Source: an uncultured virus (IMG/VR IMGVR_UViG_3300008625_000009)
Lineage: Duplodnaviria; Heunggongvirae; Uroviricota; Caudoviricetes
DNA length: 20,000 nt
Reading direction: 5' to 3' (one strand)
IMG/VR virus record: IMGVR_UViG_3300008625_000009
A model generated the notes under the pieces. That model searched no databases. It was not told the DNA's origin and worked only from the letters and a program-made list of their open reading frames with translations. Position 1 is the first letter of the stretch. Each line of letters begins with the position of its first letter. A program made the translations under genes and the position numbers. Below, in pieces: positions 16,684-20,000 of the stretch.

Positions 16684-16836
16684 GTACGTATTTCCGAACT
16701 ACTTCTCGAAAAAGCACCTCCAGGTAGAGAGAAGCAAGTTAAGAAGTTAAAGAAAAAGATGTGCGGCGGGGATGACGATTGTCCCGCCGCATACGCCATT
16801 GCTTGGTCACAGCATAACAAAAAGAAAAAGAAATAA
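16684..16836 (+). CDS. 50-codon basic frame lacking a canonical start at its 5' end (readthrough extension, GTA-start gene or pseudogene)
   Basis: VRISELLLEKAPPGREKQVKKLKKKMCGGDDDCPAAYAIAWSQHNKKKKK*, in frame immediately after the TAA at 16681-16683. It fills the gap before the terL promoter. Confidence 0.6.
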   Translation, partial: VRISELLLEKAPPGREKQVKKLKKKMCGGDDDCPAAYAIAWSQHNKKKKK

Positions 16837-16852
16837 CCCCCTTAAAAACTGT

Positions 16853-16858
16853 TAAATA
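16853..16858 (+). promoter_or_regulatory. late promoter TAAATA, 5 nt before the large terminase ATG
   Basis: GTTAAATA-cagtt-ATG. No SD present. Confidence 0.65.
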
Positions 16859-16863
16859 CAGTT

Positions 16864-18447
16864 ATGTCCAATAAATCACTTGACGGCAATTTAGTCAAAA
16901 AAGCACACACTAGAGAATCATACACAGATGAACAGTTATTGGAACTGGCAAAATGTGCTGATCCTGACACCGGCCCTGCTTATTTTTTAGAGAACTATTT
17001 TTGGATACAACATCCACGCAGAGGTAGAATAAAATACCATGCGTATGAATATCAAACACGTTTGTTGGACAGTTATCACAAACATAGATTTAGTGTTAAT
17101 CTAATGCCTAGGCAAACTGGTAAAACTACCACCGCGGCAGGATATTTGTTATGGCATGCTATGTTTATTCCAGATAGCACAATACTTGTTGCGGCGCACA
17201 AGTATGCTGGCTCACAAGAGATTATGCAACGCATACGATATTCATATGAAGACGTTCCTGATTTTATTCGTCCGGGTGTTTATTCATATAATAAAGGTAG
17301 TATAGACTTTGATAACAGTAGTAGAATTGTTAGCACAACTACTACAGAAAACACAGGACGTGGTTTGTCCATCTCACTACTATACTTAGACGAGTTTGCG
17401 TTTGTAAAGCCTAGCATTGCGAAAGAATTCTGGACGTCCATATCTCCAACACTAGCAACAGGCGGTGGTGCTATTATTACCTCAACGCCAAACAGTGATG
17501 AAGACCAGTTTGCTATGATTTGGAGAGACGCAAATAAAACTATTGATGATTACGGTAATGAAACAGACGTAGGACGCAATGGCTTTTTTGCGTTTAGAGC
17601 ATATTGGAACGAACATCCAGAGCGTGATGAGAAGTGGCGACAGGAAGAACTAGGACGCATTGGTGCAGAACGCTTTGCTCGCGAACATGATTGCGAGTTT
17701 GTTATTAACGACGAGACATTAATTGACTCTCGCGTATTGGCATCATTACGTCCAATACATGTATTGGAAAAACACGGTCAAGTTAAATGGTACACCAAGC
17801 CACAAAAAGGACACAATTACTTAATAGCATTGGATCCAAGTTTAGGCACAGGTGGAGACAATGCCGCTATACAGGTATTTGAAATACCTACAATGAAACA
17901 AGTAGCAGAGTGGATGCATAATAAAACACCAGTACAAGGACAAATAAAAATATTAAGAGATATTACATATTATATTGCAGAAGAAATAGGTGCAAAGAAT
18001 TTAGATACACCACAAATATGGTTTAGTATAGAAAATAATACACTAGGCGAAGCGGCATTAGTCGTTATAGATGATCTAGGTGAAGAACAGTTTAAAGGTA
18101 TATTTTTATCTGAGACTAAAAAGCACGGCAATTCGCGTAGATTTAGAAAAGGTTTTAATACTACGCATAAATCAAAGTTATTAGCATGTAGTAGATTAAA
18201 AAACCTAATTGAAACAGATAAAATTGAAATAAAAAGTAAAAATTTAATCTCTGAACTAAAAACATATATAGCAAGAGGGCAAAGTTATGCCGCAAAAGAC
18301 GGCGAAACAGATGATTTAGTATCTGCTACATTGTTGATAGTTCGAATGAGTTATGAAGTAAGGCAATGGGATACTGGATTATTTGATAGATTAAAGGATG
18401 ATATTGATTCTGAACAAGATATGCCAATGCCGTTTATTGTGGTTTAA
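16864..18447 (+). CDS. gp17: terminase large subunit
   Basis: 527 aa. YEYQ adenine-binding motif, Walker A PRQTGKTT, Walker B LLYLDEFAF, ITSTPN coupling motif, and nuclease motifs IALDPSLGTGGD, IENN and TDDLVSA. Confidence 0.97.
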   Translation: MSNKSLDGNLVKKAHTRESYTDEQLLELAKCADPDTGPAYFLENYFWIQHPRRGRIKYHAYEYQTRLLDSYHKHRFSVNLMPRQTGKTTTAAGYLLWHAMFIPDSTILVAAHKYAGSQEIMQRIRYSYEDVPDFIRPGVYSYNKGSIDFDNSSRIVSTTTTENTGRGLSISLLYLDEFAFVKPSIAKEFWTSISPTLATGGGAIITSTPNSDEDQFAMIWRDANKTIDDYGNETDVGRNGFFAFRAYWNEHPERDEKWRQEELGRIGAERFAREHDCEFVINDETLIDSRVLASLRPIHVLEKHGQVKWYTKPQKGHNYLIALDPSLGTGGDNAAIQVFEIPTMKQVAEWMHNKTPVQGQIKILRDITYYIAEEIGAKNLDTPQIWFSIENNTLGEAALVVIDDLGEEQFKGIFLSETKKHGNSRRFRKGFNTTHKSKLLACSRLKNLIETDKIEIKSKNLISELKTYIARGQSYAAKDGETDDLVSATLLIVRMSYEVRQWDTGLFDRLKDDIDSEQDMPMPFIVV

Positions 18448-18450
18448 GCA

Positions 18451-18456
18451 TAAATA
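18451..18456 (+). promoter_or_regulatory. late promoter TAAATA, 6 nt before the ATG at 18463
   Basis: CATAAATA-ctaaca-ATG. No SD present. Confidence 0.65.
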
Positions 18457-18462
18457 CTAACA

Positions 18463-19830
18463 ATGGAAAATATTGAAAAAATTGCTGAAGATCTTTTTAA
18501 TAAATTAAGATCAGTTTATCCAACACTAACAATTGGTGATGCAAGTGCAATGAAAACACTTGAGCCAAGAGAAGCCCGCTTCTTTGATTTTGTATTTGAA
18601 GACAATGGTACAGACGTTGGCACAGTTACTATTAGTTTAGTAGACGACAAATTTAAAGTTTACTATGGTAATGATTTAGTAGAAAGTTTGGGTGATAGTA
18701 AACAGCAATGGTATAATTTTTTAAAAGAAATGCGTCAATTTGCAAAACGCAGAATGTTGACGTTTGATGTAAGAGATATTAATAAGTCCAATTTGGAAAG
18801 AAAAGATTTTGAATTTTTACGCAATCAGCAAGCAGAATTTAAGGATAGTGATATGAACGAGTCAAAAATGTATGGTAGCATTAAAAGTAGTTACCAAGAT
18901 TTAGGTGAGACTGCAAGAATTATTGTCAGACATAGACGCCCAGTAGATGAAGAAGTTAGAGGATCACGCAGTAGAAATATTAGCAAAATTTTTGTTGAAA
19001 CTACAAGCGGTGAAAGAACACTACTTCCATTTACTAACTTACTAGGTGCAAGAGCAGTTGCAAGGCACATTAGTGAAGGTGGCAACTTGCATGATGACAT
19101 TGGCACACACATTGTTAACAATGTTAACCAATTAGGCCAATTAAAGAACTTTGTAGCATACAGCAGACGCAATAGCTTAGTAAATGAAGATACAGCAGAC
19201 ATTGTAGAAAGTGTACGTGATGCTTACAATGGTATTAGGAGCAGTTTAGCACGTATCTCAACAGCACGTGGATACACCTCATTTGCAGAAAGTTTTGAAG
19301 CACAAGAAGAAACACTATCCGAAGATAACTTAGATGAAATGAAAGACTTCTTTACAGTTAAGAAGTTTGATGAAAGCGTATTTGAGTCCCTACCATTAAT
19401 TAATAGCATTTACAAAACTGCTATGGAAAATAAAGCAAACAAACTAAACCAAATCAGAGAGTTTATTGAAAGCGGTGATCTAGTATTAGAGAGTTCAGTT
19501 GATACAGATCAATTTGCTCGTTCAGTTCAGCACGATGATGTAAGAAGTTTAGTGAGCACTGCTCTAGAAGATATCAGCAATCGTATTGTTGACAATGACA
19601 TTGTTAGAGAGTTTGCACATAAGTTTGTTGGTGCAGAACTTTCCGAATCAGAGGAAGGTGCATTAGCAGTACAACTAGCAAAGAAATATGTAAGCGACTT
19701 GGGCCGTATTAACGAAGATGAAGAATATACTCAACGTGTAAGATATACTCACGCAGTAGAAAGCAAGTCATTTAAAGATGAAGCAGATCTAGTAGAAGAA
19801 TGGGCAGACGAAATTACACAAGGTTACTAA
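18463..19830 (+). CDS. hypothetical late protein (probably virion-associated)
   Basis: 455-aa ORF with a late-promoter motif and an acidic C-terminal half. No function recognised. Confidence 0.85.
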   Translation: MENIEKIAEDLFNKLRSVYPTLTIGDASAMKTLEPREARFFDFVFEDNGTDVGTVTISLVDDKFKVYYGNDLVESLGDSKQQWYNFLKEMRQFAKRRMLTFDVRDINKSNLERKDFEFLRNQQAEFKDSDMNESKMYGSIKSSYQDLGETARIIVRHRRPVDEEVRGSRSRNISKIFVETTSGERTLLPFTNLLGARAVARHISEGGNLHDDIGTHIVNNVNQLGQLKNFVAYSRRNSLVNEDTADIVESVRDAYNGIRSSLARISTARGYTSFAESFEAQEETLSEDNLDEMKDFFTVKKFDESVFESLPLINSIYKTAMENKANKLNQIREFIESGDLVLESSVDTDQFARSVQHDDVRSLVSTALEDISNRIVDNDIVREFAHKFVGAELSESEEGALAVQLAKKYVSDLGRINEDEEYTQRVRYTHAVESKSFKDEADLVEEWADEITQGY

Positions 19831-19831
19831 A

Positions 19832-20000
19832 ATGCTTTTAGAAGAACTTTTTAATGATAATGATACAAAAATGTTAGAAGTTCTTAATAAACTCACGCCT
19901 GAAGATATAGGCGATTATGTTTTTGAATCATTCATATTAGTAGAAACAAATCCATTTCATCTTCACCCAGAAAAAAGGTCAGGAGAAGGAGAAGGAGAAG
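19832..20000 (+). CDS. hypothetical protein, 5' fragment (runs off the window)
   Basis: ATG 1 nt after the previous stop gives MLLEELFNDNDTKMLEVLNKLTPEDIGDYVFESFILVETNPFHLHPEKRSGEGEGE..., open to the edge and ending in a GGAGAA repeat. Confidence 0.7.
   Translation, partial: MLLEELFNDNDTKMLEVLNKLTPEDIGDYVFESFILVETNPFHLHPEKRSGEGEGE

Noticed and set aside
16864..18447. Intein, intron or split in the large terminase
   Set aside because: The ORF is continuous, 527 aa, with ATPase and nuclease motifs at normal spacing and no intein-like insertion.
11406..19409. Short minus-strand ORFs at 11406, 11813, 12105, 14614, 15860, 18891 and 19224
   Set aside because: All are antisense to supported CDSs and have no independent evidence.
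1..20000. Genome-wide stop-codon reassignment
   Set aside because: Genes are full length in the standard code and end in TAA, TAG or TGA at sensible places. Only the local case at 16681 is suggestive.
1..20000. CRISPR array, tRNA or rRNA genes
   Set aside because: I saw no spaced direct repeats or cloverleaf-like sequence, and the intergenic gaps are short and explained by promoters or hairpins. A covariance-model scan was not possible.

Overview
This window is part of the virion-morphogenesis region of a large T4-like myovirus (distant Tevenvirinae/Kyanoviridae-type relative, probably uncultured). Recognisable genes are gp15 tail terminator and gp14 neck (both minus strand), gp13 neck, gp1 dNMP kinase, an HNH/Zn protein, an enlarged gp18 tail sheath, gp19 tail tube plus a tube-fold paralog, gp4 head-completion nuclease, and small and large terminase. 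All product calls come from motif recognition, not database searches. Notable observations: (1) a tightly coupled four-enzyme cassette (sulfotransferase-like, radical SAM, SGNH-like lacking the usual Ser, radical SAM) inserted between gp4 and the small terminase; (2) a TAA(A/G)TA late-promoter motif 5-6 nt before six start codons that lack a Shine-Dalgarno, suggesting leaderless late mRNAs; (3) an unannotated 50-codon frame that continues in frame after a TAA stop, begins with GTA and contains a GC-rich hairpin; (4) acidic putative internal-head proteins with T4 capsid-targeting-like sequences around the terminase genes; (5) a sigma70-driven unknown gene separating the neck genes.
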